Source of the DNA: a bacterium
GTDB lineage: Bacteria; Bdellovibrionota_C; UBA2361; CALJRW01
NCBI GenBank assembly: GCA_031385045.1
Contig: JANNBC010000024.1
Coordinates: 96,001 to 160,000, forward strand
Length of the DNA stretch: 64,000 nucleotides
Direction of reading: 5' to 3'
Below, piece by piece: positions 40,712-49,970 of this stretch. How positions within the stretch are numbered: position 1 is the stretch's first letter; every line of letters starts with the position of its first letter. The translations under genes were made by a program, and so were the position numbers. The notes beneath the pieces were generated by a model. It had not been told where the DNA came from. It was given only the letters and a program-made list of their open reading frames with translations, and made no database searches.

Positions 40712-42814
40712 ATGCTAAAAATTAGTGATTTGCTTGGCAGTTTACCCTTGGCTGAATTCGTTCAGCAAGATCCTAAGCTTAATCGCGATCTCCGAGAATA
40801 CAGTTTTACAAATTATGATCGGAATAGCTTACTTGGAAAACTTTCCGCTTTAAATTCTCAAGATTCTCACGGAAATGATTTAACTCACATGGCTGGTATT
40901 AGAGGGCAGTATAATACATTAAATTTTCTAAATTACTTTGAAAAATTAGGGATGGATATTAATCGTCCAAATAATTATGGTTTTACACCACTTCATTTAG
41001 CAGTAATTTTTGGACATCTAGATATTGTTTCAGAATTATTAAAGAAAGGTTTCGATTCCAACGTACTAATATCCTTAGCAACGAAATCTTTATCTTTTTT
41101 AAGTAACAAGAATTTTCAGCTACTTCAAAAAAGAACGGATCTAAAGTTATGGGATCAGGACTATGTAAAGTCACTGAGTCTGATCCAAATTGCCGCGATC
41201 ACAAAAGATCAAAGAATGATCTGTCTTTTACTTAAGTCTGGAGCAAATCCTGATTGTCAGATAGGAGATGAAAGCTTTGTAAGTTATTTGCTTAGTAATA
41301 ATTTTACAGATTCAGTTTGTACATTATTAAATACTGCAGAAAAAGATTTTCTTAAAAAAGCACAGTCGGAAGCGGGATTATTCAATTATTTTTTAAAGAA
41401 TCGAAATGATAATCTTTTAGGAATTTTAGTTAATAAAATTGGAATTCCCGAAGAAGTTTTAGCCAAAGACTTCTTTAATTTTTTAGCAAAAGTAACGGAC
41501 TCTGATTTTGAGAATTATTCTTGGAAGCCGCAATACTTTAAAAAACCTCATCAGTTATTAGTAGGACAAATATTTCGTGACCGTTTTGGCAGTTATGAAG
41601 CGGGATTATTAAATTTAAAAGACAAAAAGCAGGTCTTAACTTTAATAAGAAACATTAAAGTATTATTGACTGATTTTAATGCTTTTAAAAAGGAATTAGT
41701 AAAACTTGTTCCCGAGTATCAATCACTTCTTGATCAGCTTAGCCCTAAAGGTAAAATTCAAAATAAGAGTTTTGGACAAGTAGTTTTTTATATTGCTAAA
41801 TTAGCGGAACAAGTAGATTGCGATACTCCTTTCCAAGAATCGAGCCACTTTTACAGAATTCTTGCTAATACAATTCGCGAGCAACAGAGTTTAAGGATTT
41901 CCTGGTCAGAATATTTACACCATAAGATTGAAGGAAATATTTACAAACTTGATGGTTTTAATGATGTTCTAAATGAATATCAGAATGCTGTAATTTACCC
42001 TTCTCTGGTTAATCGATTATTAGAACAAGGATTTAAATTTGAAGATATTAGGAAAAAAGATCTTTGGTTAAGCTATTCTAGTAAGGAAATCGCCCTGGAA
42101 CATTTATTAGATGACAAATCAATTGGAAATATTTTTAGGTTTAATACTCTGTGGCACAGAACGGATATGCGTTTACCAGAAGCAGCATGCCCTGACTTAG
42201 AAAATAATAAGTGGGCAGCGATCATTCCCAATTCTAGTTGGCCAATGGATTCTAGATATACTGTGGTGAATTTAAGAACAGGTGCTGAATTAGCGCAAGA
42301 AGGGAATGATATGAGGCATTGTGTAAAAGGTCGTACATATTCCTGTAGTAATGCTGATAGTCATATTTTAAGTATTCGCGATCATGGAAAATCATTGGCA
42401 ACAGTTGAAGTATCTCTTAGCGAACTTAAAAATGGCAAGATCGGCTTGATAGTTAAAGAAATTAAGGGGCCACGTAATTGCAAGCCATCTGTACAAGCAG
42501 AACATGTTATGAAAAATTTTTTGGAGGCAATTGATCAGGGAGCATTAGTTATTAATAAAATTGACCGATTGGAAACTCAAAGAAAAAATAGAGAAGCTGA
42601 TTCTCATAGAGATTATATTCTGAAAACCTATGTCCGACCAGGGGTTGCTCCTGATGGCGCAATTCAACATTACGCGGGGCTTCGAATATATATGAATAGA
42701 GATGGACAAGAAAAATTTATGTTAGGAGCCTTTCGACCAGCAGGTTATTTACTGCATGAAATTATATCAAAAAGAATTGCTCAATTAAAGTTTAGATTAC
42801 CTGAAGCGGCATAA
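40712..42814 (+). CDS. Ankyrin-repeat + PcfJ-like domain protein, paralog 2
   Basis: GFTPLHLAV; LWHR; ELAQEGNDMRHCV...SHILSIR...ATVE...GPRN. Confidence 0.82.
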   Translation: MLKISDLLGSLPLAEFVQQDPKLNRDLREYSFTNYDRNSLLGKLSALNSQDSHGNDLTHMAGIRGQYNTLNFLNYFEKLGMDINRPNNYGFTPLHLAVIFGHLDIVSELLKKGFDSNVLISLATKSLSFLSNKNFQLLQKRTDLKLWDQDYVKSLSLIQIAAITKDQRMICLLLKSGANPDCQIGDESFVSYLLSNNFTDSVCTLLNTAEKDFLKKAQSEAGLFNYFLKNRNDNLLGILVNKIGIPEEVLAKDFFNFLAKVTDSDFENYSWKPQYFKKPHQLLVGQIFRDRFGSYEAGLLNLKDKKQVLTLIRNIKVLLTDFNAFKKELVKLVPEYQSLLDQLSPKGKIQNKSFGQVVFYIAKLAEQVDCDTPFQESSHFYRILANTIREQQSLRISWSEYLHHKIEGNIYKLDGFNDVLNEYQNAVIYPSLVNRLLEQGFKFEDIRKKDLWLSYSSKEIALEHLLDDKSIGNIFRFNTLWHRTDMRLPEAACPDLENNKWAAIIPNSSWPMDSRYTVVNLRTGAELAQEGNDMRHCVKGRTYSCSNADSHILSIRDHGKSLATVEVSLSELKNGKIGLIVKEIKGPRNCKPSVQAEHVMKNFLEAIDQGALVINKIDRLETQRKNREADSHRDYILKTYVRPGVAPDGAIQHYAGLRIYMNRDGQEKFMLGAFRPAGYLLHEIISKRIAQLKFRLPEAA

Positions 42815-42840
42815 TTTTTTAAAAACTTAGAGATTTTCAA

Positions 42841-44931
42841 ATGTCATCCGTAACTTATTTGCTTGGAAAGATACCGGTAGCTGAAAATGTTACTCCAACT
42901 TCGGATTATGATGCATGCTTCCGTAGATTTCACTTCTCGGTAAGAGAACGCAGTAAAAATCTTGATCAAGTTAAAGCATTAAATGTTCAAGATAGTTATG
43001 CGAACGATCTATCACATGTTGCTAGTATTCGAGGACGTTTAGATGCATTACAATTACTAGCAAAACGTGGGATGGATATTGATCGTCCCAATAATTTAGG
43101 ATTTACACCACTAACGATTGCCGTGCTTTTGGGACATCACCAAGTAGTTGCTGGGTTATTAAAATTAGGGGCATCTCCAGACAATTTATTCCCCCTCTAC
43201 TCTAAAGCACCAGTCTTCTTTGGGGATAAATATGTTCATTTTTTCAAAAATCGAATTAACCAACCTAGAGTCCTTGAAACTTTACCACTAGAGTTAACTT
43301 CCTTGCAATTCGCAACATTAATAAAAGATGAAAAAATGATCTGCTTATTACTTGAAAATAAAGCAAATCCGAATAGCAAATTACTTGGGAAATCAATCGT
43401 TACCTATTTTTTCTCTGCTAATATGAAAGAAGCAATAGAAAAGTTTATTTCAATGGCTAGTTCAGAAGCAATTAAGCTAGTTCAAGCAGAATTTCCGTTA
43501 GCTCTTACCTGTTTAAAACACAAAAAATTTAATTTAGTTAAAGATATAATTGATAAAGTAGGTGTAGATCGGGATACTTTTACGGATGAATTTTTTGATG
43601 CTTGGAGCTCAGAAAACTTTTTAATCGGCTATAAAATGAAGAGCCGACTTAATTTATTAAATAAATATTTAATAAAAAAAATTAGCACAAGTGAACTTGG
43701 AGCAGGTTTAGAGATTTTAAAGGATTTTCCTTTAGAACATAAAATAAATGAAAAAATTAGACTCATGCGTATTCTAGTTAATGGCTTTGATACTATAAAA
43801 AAGGGAATTCTTGCCGAAGAACCAAAATTTGAAAAACTTTTAAATCAATTAATACCACATGGGAAATTGCAAAATAAGAACTTTGGACAAGTAGTTTGCT
43901 ATGTTTCCTTTTTACTTGCTGCGATCCATCCTGAAGATAATCACCTTAGTATTCCTCATTTATATAAGATATTAACAAATACTATCAGGGAACAGCAACA
44001 TTTAAGAATGACTTGGTCGCAATATGTCAGCCAAAAAATAGAAGCTAATGTTTATAAAATTGATGGTTTTGTTGATGTCATCAAAGAATATCAAAATGCT
44101 GTAATTTATCCTTCCTTAGTTAATAAACTTTTAAAAGAAGGGTTGGATTTTAGGTCGATTATTGCCCAAGAGACAGAATTAGATCGGCGAGCATTAAAGC
44201 TGGCACTTGAGCATATTGTTGATGACAAATCGATTGGTAGTCTTTTTCGCTTTAATACTCTTTGGCATCGACCGGATATGAGACTGCCTGATGCTAGTTG
44301 TCCTGATCTGGAAAATATCAAATGGCAACCTGTACTACCAAATGGTTTATGGCAAATGGATTCAAGGTTTAGTGTTGTAAATCTACGAAGTGGAAGAGAG
44401 TTAACAGAGGAAGGAGTTGCAATGAAGCACTGTGTTAGTTCTAGAGCTGACCGTTGTGCTAGGGGAGAGTCGCATGTTTTAAGTATTAAAGATCAAGGTC
44501 GATCGATTGCAACAGTAGAAGTTTCAATTGTAGACAACCAAGAGAAAGGTAGAACTTTGCAAGTAATTGAATTTAGAGGAGTTGCCAACCAAGCAGCGCC
44601 AAAAGAAGCGATTATTGTATTAGATAGAATGATTGCAGAAGTTGCTGAAAAGAGATTAAGAATTAATGATATTCCAATAAAAGAACTTCAAAAAGCTACT
44701 AGTGAAGCAGATGCTTTAAATTCCTATATTAGAAAATCTTATGTTCGCCCAGGAGTTGAGCCGCAAGGTGCCTTAACTCACTATGCCGGATTAAAAATAT
44801 TTATGAATCGAACTGATCAAAAGAAATTTCTGCTTGGTGCATTTAGAGAGGATGGTTATGATCTAGGAAGACTAATCGCCTGCAGTATTGATCAACTCGA
44901 AATCAAAGAGCAGGCATTAACAGATCTATAA
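42841..44931 (+). CDS. Ankyrin-repeat + PcfJ-like domain protein, paralog 3
   Basis: GFTPLTIAV; LWHR; ELTEEGVAMKHCV...SHVLSIK...ATVE...GVAN. Confidence 0.82.
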   Translation: MSSVTYLLGKIPVAENVTPTSDYDACFRRFHFSVRERSKNLDQVKALNVQDSYANDLSHVASIRGRLDALQLLAKRGMDIDRPNNLGFTPLTIAVLLGHHQVVAGLLKLGASPDNLFPLYSKAPVFFGDKYVHFFKNRINQPRVLETLPLELTSLQFATLIKDEKMICLLLENKANPNSKLLGKSIVTYFFSANMKEAIEKFISMASSEAIKLVQAEFPLALTCLKHKKFNLVKDIIDKVGVDRDTFTDEFFDAWSSENFLIGYKMKSRLNLLNKYLIKKISTSELGAGLEILKDFPLEHKINEKIRLMRILVNGFDTIKKGILAEEPKFEKLLNQLIPHGKLQNKNFGQVVCYVSFLLAAIHPEDNHLSIPHLYKILTNTIREQQHLRMTWSQYVSQKIEANVYKIDGFVDVIKEYQNAVIYPSLVNKLLKEGLDFRSIIAQETELDRRALKLALEHIVDDKSIGSLFRFNTLWHRPDMRLPDASCPDLENIKWQPVLPNGLWQMDSRFSVVNLRSGRELTEEGVAMKHCVSSRADRCARGESHVLSIKDQGRSIATVEVSIVDNQEKGRTLQVIEFRGVANQAAPKEAIIVLDRMIAEVAEKRLRINDIPIKELQKATSEADALNSYIRKSYVRPGVEPQGALTHYAGLKIFMNRTDQKKFLLGAFREDGYDLGRLIACSIDQLEIKEQALTDL

Positions 44932-44946
44932 ATTTATTAAGTATTT

Positions 44947-46971
44947 ATGAAAAAAGTCTCAAAGTTTTTCCAAGATATAAATTTAGCTGAACATGTATTA
45001 CCAGATGCGAACAATGATATAATTTTAGCTAATTGTGTATTTAAAACTAAAAATAAGCTGGAACTAAAGCTTATTAGTCATCTAAATATACAGGATTCTT
45101 ATGGTAATGATTTGACCCACTATGCTGCACTAAGAAACCAACTAAGTCTTTTGTTATATTTAGAGAGTCGGGGATTAAACTTAGATCGACCTAATATTCA
45201 TGGATTAACTCCACTACATTTAGCATTAATGACCGAGTCGCAGCAGGCAACTACTTTCTTGATTAAACGGGGAGCAAATTTAGAACAAGTATTTAATCTT
45301 CCTAAGCCAGATCAAGAACTCTTTTTTGCACCTAGCAGTTTAGTTAAGAAGATTGTTAATCGATCCTTATCGATGTGTGAACAGCCAGAACTCAGTGCAA
45401 TTCAACTAGCAGCTTATAATTTAGATAGAGTTGCTCTAAAGCAAATGTTTTTAGCTAAGTCGAATCTGAGTTCAAATATGAACGGAGAGGACTTAGGTAG
45501 TTTTCTTTTACGAGAAGATCGCGAAATTTTCCGATCGTATCTGGAACATTTAAATTTAAATAAGCTCTTTGATATTTGGAAAGAAATTGATTGCGACGAG
45601 CGAATAAAATTGTCTGGGAAAGTTAGGGAGTCTTTAAATAATTCAGAGTCAATAATCAAAACCGAGCTATCGCAAGATTTATCTGAGACTTTGAACCGTG
45701 GGGATTTTCTTCACTTAGTTTTAAAAACTAAAATAAATCAGCTTTTTTGTTCAAAAACAGAGCCGTTGATTGAACATTTTTGTAAGTCAAATTGTGATGG
45801 CGTTCAAGCTTTATATTATCTAAAAGAGCTTTATAATAATTTTAGAATTATCGAAGATCAATTAATTGACAGATTTCCGGCCTCAAAACCTATTCTTCAT
45901 GACTTAGTGCATCAGGGTAGGATAGTTAATAAGAGATTTGGGGAAGTGATCCTATATATACTAGCAACAATTGGAGAAATTTTACCAGATGAAGATCCGA
46001 TGCAAAGTGGAGCCTTTATTCCAATTCTTGAGAATACAATCAAAGAACAGCAGCGTTTGAAACTTAGTTGGGCAGAGTATGTCTCTCAAAAAATTTTAGC
46101 AAATAATTATAAAATCTCCGGTTTAGGGGATTTATTCAATGAATATCGCAACTCTATAATTTTCCCCTGTTTAGTAAATAAATTATTGGAAACGGGACAA
46201 GATATTTCTGCAATTATGGAAAATTCAAAGTCATTAGATCGAATTGCATCTAAAATTACTCTGGAGCAAATCATCCAAGATAAATCACTGGGAAGTTTAT
46301 TTCGATTTAATACTCTTTGGCATCGTGCTGATATGCGTTTGCCTGAATCGGCCTGTCCCGATCTAGAACTTATTGGATGGGCACAAATTATCCCAGGTGG
46401 AGTTTGGCAGATGGATAGCACCTTTAAGATTGTGGAATTAAATTCTGGCAAAAAACTGGAAATTGAAGGTCAGGAGATGCATCATTGCGTAAGGAGTCGG
46501 ACTGGTAGTTGTGTTGATGGCAGATCACATATTTTTAGTATTAAAGAAAATAATTCTAGTATCGCTACTATTGAAATCCGCTTAGATAAAAGTAGTTCGG
46601 GACATGTAGCACTGGAAGTCACTGAAATGAAGGGGCCTGGCAATGCTCCTTGCTCACAAGCTGCCAAGAATGTTTGGTCAAATTTCATTTCCAAATATAA
46701 TAATGGAGACATCTCCCTAAATTTTTCAGCACTTGGCGCATCTAAAGATGAACAGCAATATTTTACTCCATTGATGAACAATTATTTAGCTAAGACATAT
46801 GTGCGACCTGGCAGACATCCGATTGGAGCTATAAATCATTATGCCGAATTAAAAATATGGATGAATCGTACTAACGAAGTGAAGTTTCTTTTTGGAGCTT
46901 TTCGGTCAAAAGACTTTAGACCTCATCAAATTTTAAAAGATGCCATTGAACATAATACCGAGGCGGCCTAA
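44947..46971 (+). CDS. Ankyrin-repeat + PcfJ-like domain protein, paralog 4
   Basis: GLTPLHLAL; LWHR; LEIEGQEMHHCV...SHIFSIK...ATIE...GPGN. Confidence 0.82.
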   Translation: MKKVSKFFQDINLAEHVLPDANNDIILANCVFKTKNKLELKLISHLNIQDSYGNDLTHYAALRNQLSLLLYLESRGLNLDRPNIHGLTPLHLALMTESQQATTFLIKRGANLEQVFNLPKPDQELFFAPSSLVKKIVNRSLSMCEQPELSAIQLAAYNLDRVALKQMFLAKSNLSSNMNGEDLGSFLLREDREIFRSYLEHLNLNKLFDIWKEIDCDERIKLSGKVRESLNNSESIIKTELSQDLSETLNRGDFLHLVLKTKINQLFCSKTEPLIEHFCKSNCDGVQALYYLKELYNNFRIIEDQLIDRFPASKPILHDLVHQGRIVNKRFGEVILYILATIGEILPDEDPMQSGAFIPILENTIKEQQRLKLSWAEYVSQKILANNYKISGLGDLFNEYRNSIIFPCLVNKLLETGQDISAIMENSKSLDRIASKITLEQIIQDKSLGSLFRFNTLWHRADMRLPESACPDLELIGWAQIIPGGVWQMDSTFKIVELNSGKKLEIEGQEMHHCVRSRTGSCVDGRSHIFSIKENNSSIATIEIRLDKSSSGHVALEVTEMKGPGNAPCSQAAKNVWSNFISKYNNGDISLNFSALGASKDEQQYFTPLMNNYLAKTYVRPGRHPIGAINHYAELKIWMNRTNEVKFLFGAFRSKDFRPHQILKDAIEHNTEAA

Positions 46972-47241
46972 GTTTAATGTTTGGGGAAACCAAAACACCT
47001 AAAATGCGCTAAAGCCTATTGGGTTTGAATATACTTTCACCTGCACGTCACCTTGTGCCATGCCTCCTCTTGTAATCGCAACTTACTAAATATCCATAAA
47101 ATAAATAGTAAATTGGACATGTTAGCTTTCTATTTTGGGTTTTGAACCTGCTTACTAATTAACTTCATCATAATAGCTGTTTACAATACCTAAAATTTTA
47201 CTGGCTACATGTAAGATCAATTTTTATAAAAGAAAAATTCT

Positions 47242-47709
47242 ATGACAGCAGGATTAGCAGCATTAGGACAGAGTGTCGATATATCCAAATTAGATGGGGA
47301 CACTCGCTTGGCTCGAGTAGTTCAGCATTATATTGCTGTTGCTAATAGTTTAGTAAATGCTAGCGAAGTTTCCCGAGAGTTATCAGATCACTGGCCATTA
47401 ATTACTAGAGAACTTAGTCAGCCGGGGGCGGTTCACATGGATCCGGCAGTTGATGGTGGGCTAAAGATTGGTGGGTACACTTTTCGTGTTAACCAAGAAA
47501 CAAAGTTAATTGAAGTCCATGATTATCATTTTGGTGAGGGCGAGCCATTGTTTACACTTTCTAGTGCAGGTCAGATTGCTAGGAATTATCAAAATCCTAG
47601 CGATGTTAATTATAGTGAAGATCCGGTTCGAATGGTTTTTAGAGAGATTGGTAAATTATATACCCCAGAGACCTTACGACAAGCTTTTGAATGGGAACCT
47701 AAGGCTTAA
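47242..47709 (+). CDS. Hypothetical protein
   Basis: 155-aa ORF; no recognised motif. Confidence 0.6.
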   Translation: MTAGLAALGQSVDISKLDGDTRLARVVQHYIAVANSLVNASEVSRELSDHWPLITRELSQPGAVHMDPAVDGGLKIGGYTFRVNQETKLIEVHDYHFGEGEPLFTLSSAGQIARNYQNPSDVNYSEDPVRMVFREIGKLYTPETLRQAFEWEPKA

Positions 47710-47953
47710 GATTAGATTGGGTTAGTTTTGATTTTATTAGTTGCAGTTCTTCTAAAGTAGATAAATTACTTTGTTTTTGCTTTGCTAGTCTGTACCAATA
47801 ATTAGCATTGGAGTTATCACCTTCAATCTTATGCAAGATTGCATGAATCCAATAGGCATAAGGCTGATCTAGATCCTGAACAATCTGGTGAGCATCTTCC
47901 CATTTACCAAGTATGGCTAGATCCACTGCTTGGATAATGAGCTGCTGTGACAT
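47699..47953 (-). CDS. Small helical hypothetical protein
   Basis: WEDAHQIVQD...WIHAILHKIEGD-SNA-YWY pattern; TAATG-coupled to the upstream AsmA gene. Confidence 0.75.
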   Translation of the reverse strand: MSQQLIIQAVDLAILGKWEDAHQIVQDLDQPYAYWIHAILHKIEGDNSNANYWYRLAKQKQSNLSTLEELQLIKSKLTQSNLKP

Positions 47954-49869
47954 TAAAATCCAAATTTATTTAATAAATCTTTTCCAGTTTCTCCTAGCTT
48001 ATCCTTAACTTTTTCTTTGACTTTATCTTGGATTGCTTTAGTTGCAGCAAGTTCAATTAGACGTTTTAGGTTTGGAACAATGATTAAATGTTTTTGTGTG
48101 CCCCTAATCACTAATGGTAAGACTAGTTGGCCATTTTTATCTAGAATTTTCTCTAGTTCCTTAGTCTTGGACGCAAGGGCAGCAGAAAATGCTTTGTTAA
48201 AAGTAATTTCTGAATTTAGATTAATAGTTTTATCTAAACCAATTGTTCCGTCTGCCGTAAGATTAAAGATTGTACTAAGCAGAGTTAAAGAATTAAGTTT
48301 CAAACTAGAGTTAGCTAAAGTAAAGTTAGTTTTTAGCTCATTAATTGCAGTATCCTCACCAGTAACTTCTCCACGAAGTGATTCCGGAACAGCATCTAAT
48401 AAAGATCCAGCAATAAAAGGTAAGTCTTTAACTACTGCCAATACTTTAGCAGGAAGATTAGTGCCTTTTAATGTTCCCTTAGTTAATAGAAGCTCTCCCT
48501 GAGCTCCAAGTGAACTCATTAGTTTTGGCCCCAGACTTCCATTTGCTTTTAAGTTTAATGAATTAAGAGTCCCAGCAAAAGTTTCTAAAATTGGCATCGG
48601 CAGTGCTTGATAGGCTTGTCCTAAGTCCAGTGCTGTCAATTTCGCAGTTGTTTGAAAAGTTTGTGATTTTAAATTAGTTCCACCAGAAATATTTGCTGTT
48701 CCACCAAAAATTTTGACTAAGGCATTTTCAACTGTGGCATCAGATCCTGCTAAGTTGGCATTAAAGGTAGCAGTCATAGGAGCATTACCTACAAGTAGAT
48801 TTAAATCATTTGAGGAGACATTTTGTTTTGTTAAGTTTGCTTGTAAATTTAAGTTGCCTCTCAGCTTAGTAACGGCAATGCTACCAAGATTTGCCATGAT
48901 GTCGGCAAGTTTAATTGTGCCATTGGCATTAATTTCTTTAGCATTGTTAATTGCTATTTTGATTTCAGGAGTTACACTTCCAGCGACTCCCAGGGCTTTT
49001 AATGCCGGAGTAAAGGCGGTTAGAGCACTAGCAACTTTTGCTAAATCAAGATTTTTGCCTGTTAAGCTAGTCGTACCCTGAAAGGCCTTAAGATTAAAAT
49101 CAGAGTTTACTTGAAATTCTGTATCTAATAATTTCGCAACAAGTGTTGGTAAGCTGAGATTTTGTTCCTTTAAATCAAAAGTTATCTCCTTAGATTCTAA
49201 TGCTAACTTTGTAATTCCAGTGATTTCAGTATCAACGGTTAATTCACAAAGCTTAGCCAGACTTCCTGCTAGTTCCACAACGGCACCAACACTTAGGGGA
49301 GTTATAATAAATTTTTTGTTGCTCACTTGATCTTGAAACTCAATTGTTGCATCGCTAATTTGAAATTTTTCTAAGGCAATTTCAATCCCACCTGGGATTG
49401 ATTGGGGAGCTGTAGTCTTTGTTAGAGCAGACTCAGAGGGAGTTGAAGCGGGCAGCCCTTCGCTGTTTTTTTCAGGCACCGGAAGTCCATCGATCTGAAT
49501 GCCAGTTTTAGTTTTAATAATTTTAATGCTAGGACTTGTTACTGTTAGTTCCTTTATTAATAATTTCTTTTTAAGTAATTCTAGAATTGCAACGTCTAGT
49601 TTAATACCCTTAATGGCTATTCCCGGAGAGGTCGCGGTCTTACCAATTGTTAGGCTTTCAACATCCACAATCGCATTTGGAAAAACTTTGAGGTTTAGAG
49701 CGCCCAGTTGAACTGGTGTTTTAAGGAGGACACTAATCTTTGATTCTAGAAATGGCTTATTGTTATTAAGTATCTTTTGACCATTTTGAACTAGGTAAAA
49801 GCTAAGGCCTGAGATTAGTACGATCATGACAACGAGCAGAATTAATGCTAATTTAACAATTTTCTTCAT
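47953..49869 (-). CDS. AsmA family protein
   Basis: N-terminal membrane anchor, extended beta-rich body, C-terminal LPLVIRGT...PNL. Confidence 0.8.
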   Translation of the reverse strand: MKKIVKLALILLVVMIVLISGLSFYLVQNGQKILNNNKPFLESKISVLLKTPVQLGALNLKVFPNAIVDVESLTIGKTATSPGIAIKGIKLDVAILELLKKKLLIKELTVTSPSIKIIKTKTGIQIDGLPVPEKNSEGLPASTPSESALTKTTAPQSIPGGIEIALEKFQISDATIEFQDQVSNKKFIITPLSVGAVVELAGSLAKLCELTVDTEITGITKLALESKEITFDLKEQNLSLPTLVAKLLDTEFQVNSDFNLKAFQGTTSLTGKNLDLAKVASALTAFTPALKALGVAGSVTPEIKIAINNAKEINANGTIKLADIMANLGSIAVTKLRGNLNLQANLTKQNVSSNDLNLLVGNAPMTATFNANLAGSDATVENALVKIFGGTANISGGTNLKSQTFQTTAKLTALDLGQAYQALPMPILETFAGTLNSLNLKANGSLGPKLMSSLGAQGELLLTKGTLKGTNLPAKVLAVVKDLPFIAGSLLDAVPESLRGEVTGEDTAINELKTNFTLANSSLKLNSLTLLSTIFNLTADGTIGLDKTINLNSEITFNKAFSAALASKTKELEKILDKNGQLVLPLVIRGTQKHLIIVPNLKRLIELAATKAIQDKVKEKVKDKLGETGKDLLNKFGF

Positions 49870-49970
49870 AACAAGAACTTTATTTTAAAAAGAATTTTTG
49901 GCACCGAGCTTAAGCCTCATTGAAATGTAATTAATTTAGAGAGCAGTTAAATTGGATTAGTTGAATTATT

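Noticed and set aside
46999..47061. 20-aa minus-strand ORF MAQGDVQVKVYSNPIGFSAF with GAGGAGG upstream
   Set aside because: The SD is only 1 nt from the ATG and there is no other support; it cannot be excluded as an sORF or sRNA.
48017..49711. Antisense ORFs over the AsmA gene (and similar shadow ORFs over leuS, cca, oleA, msbA, ribBA and others)
   Set aside because: They fully overlap well-supported genes and have no motifs; they are expected antisense or alternate-frame shadows.
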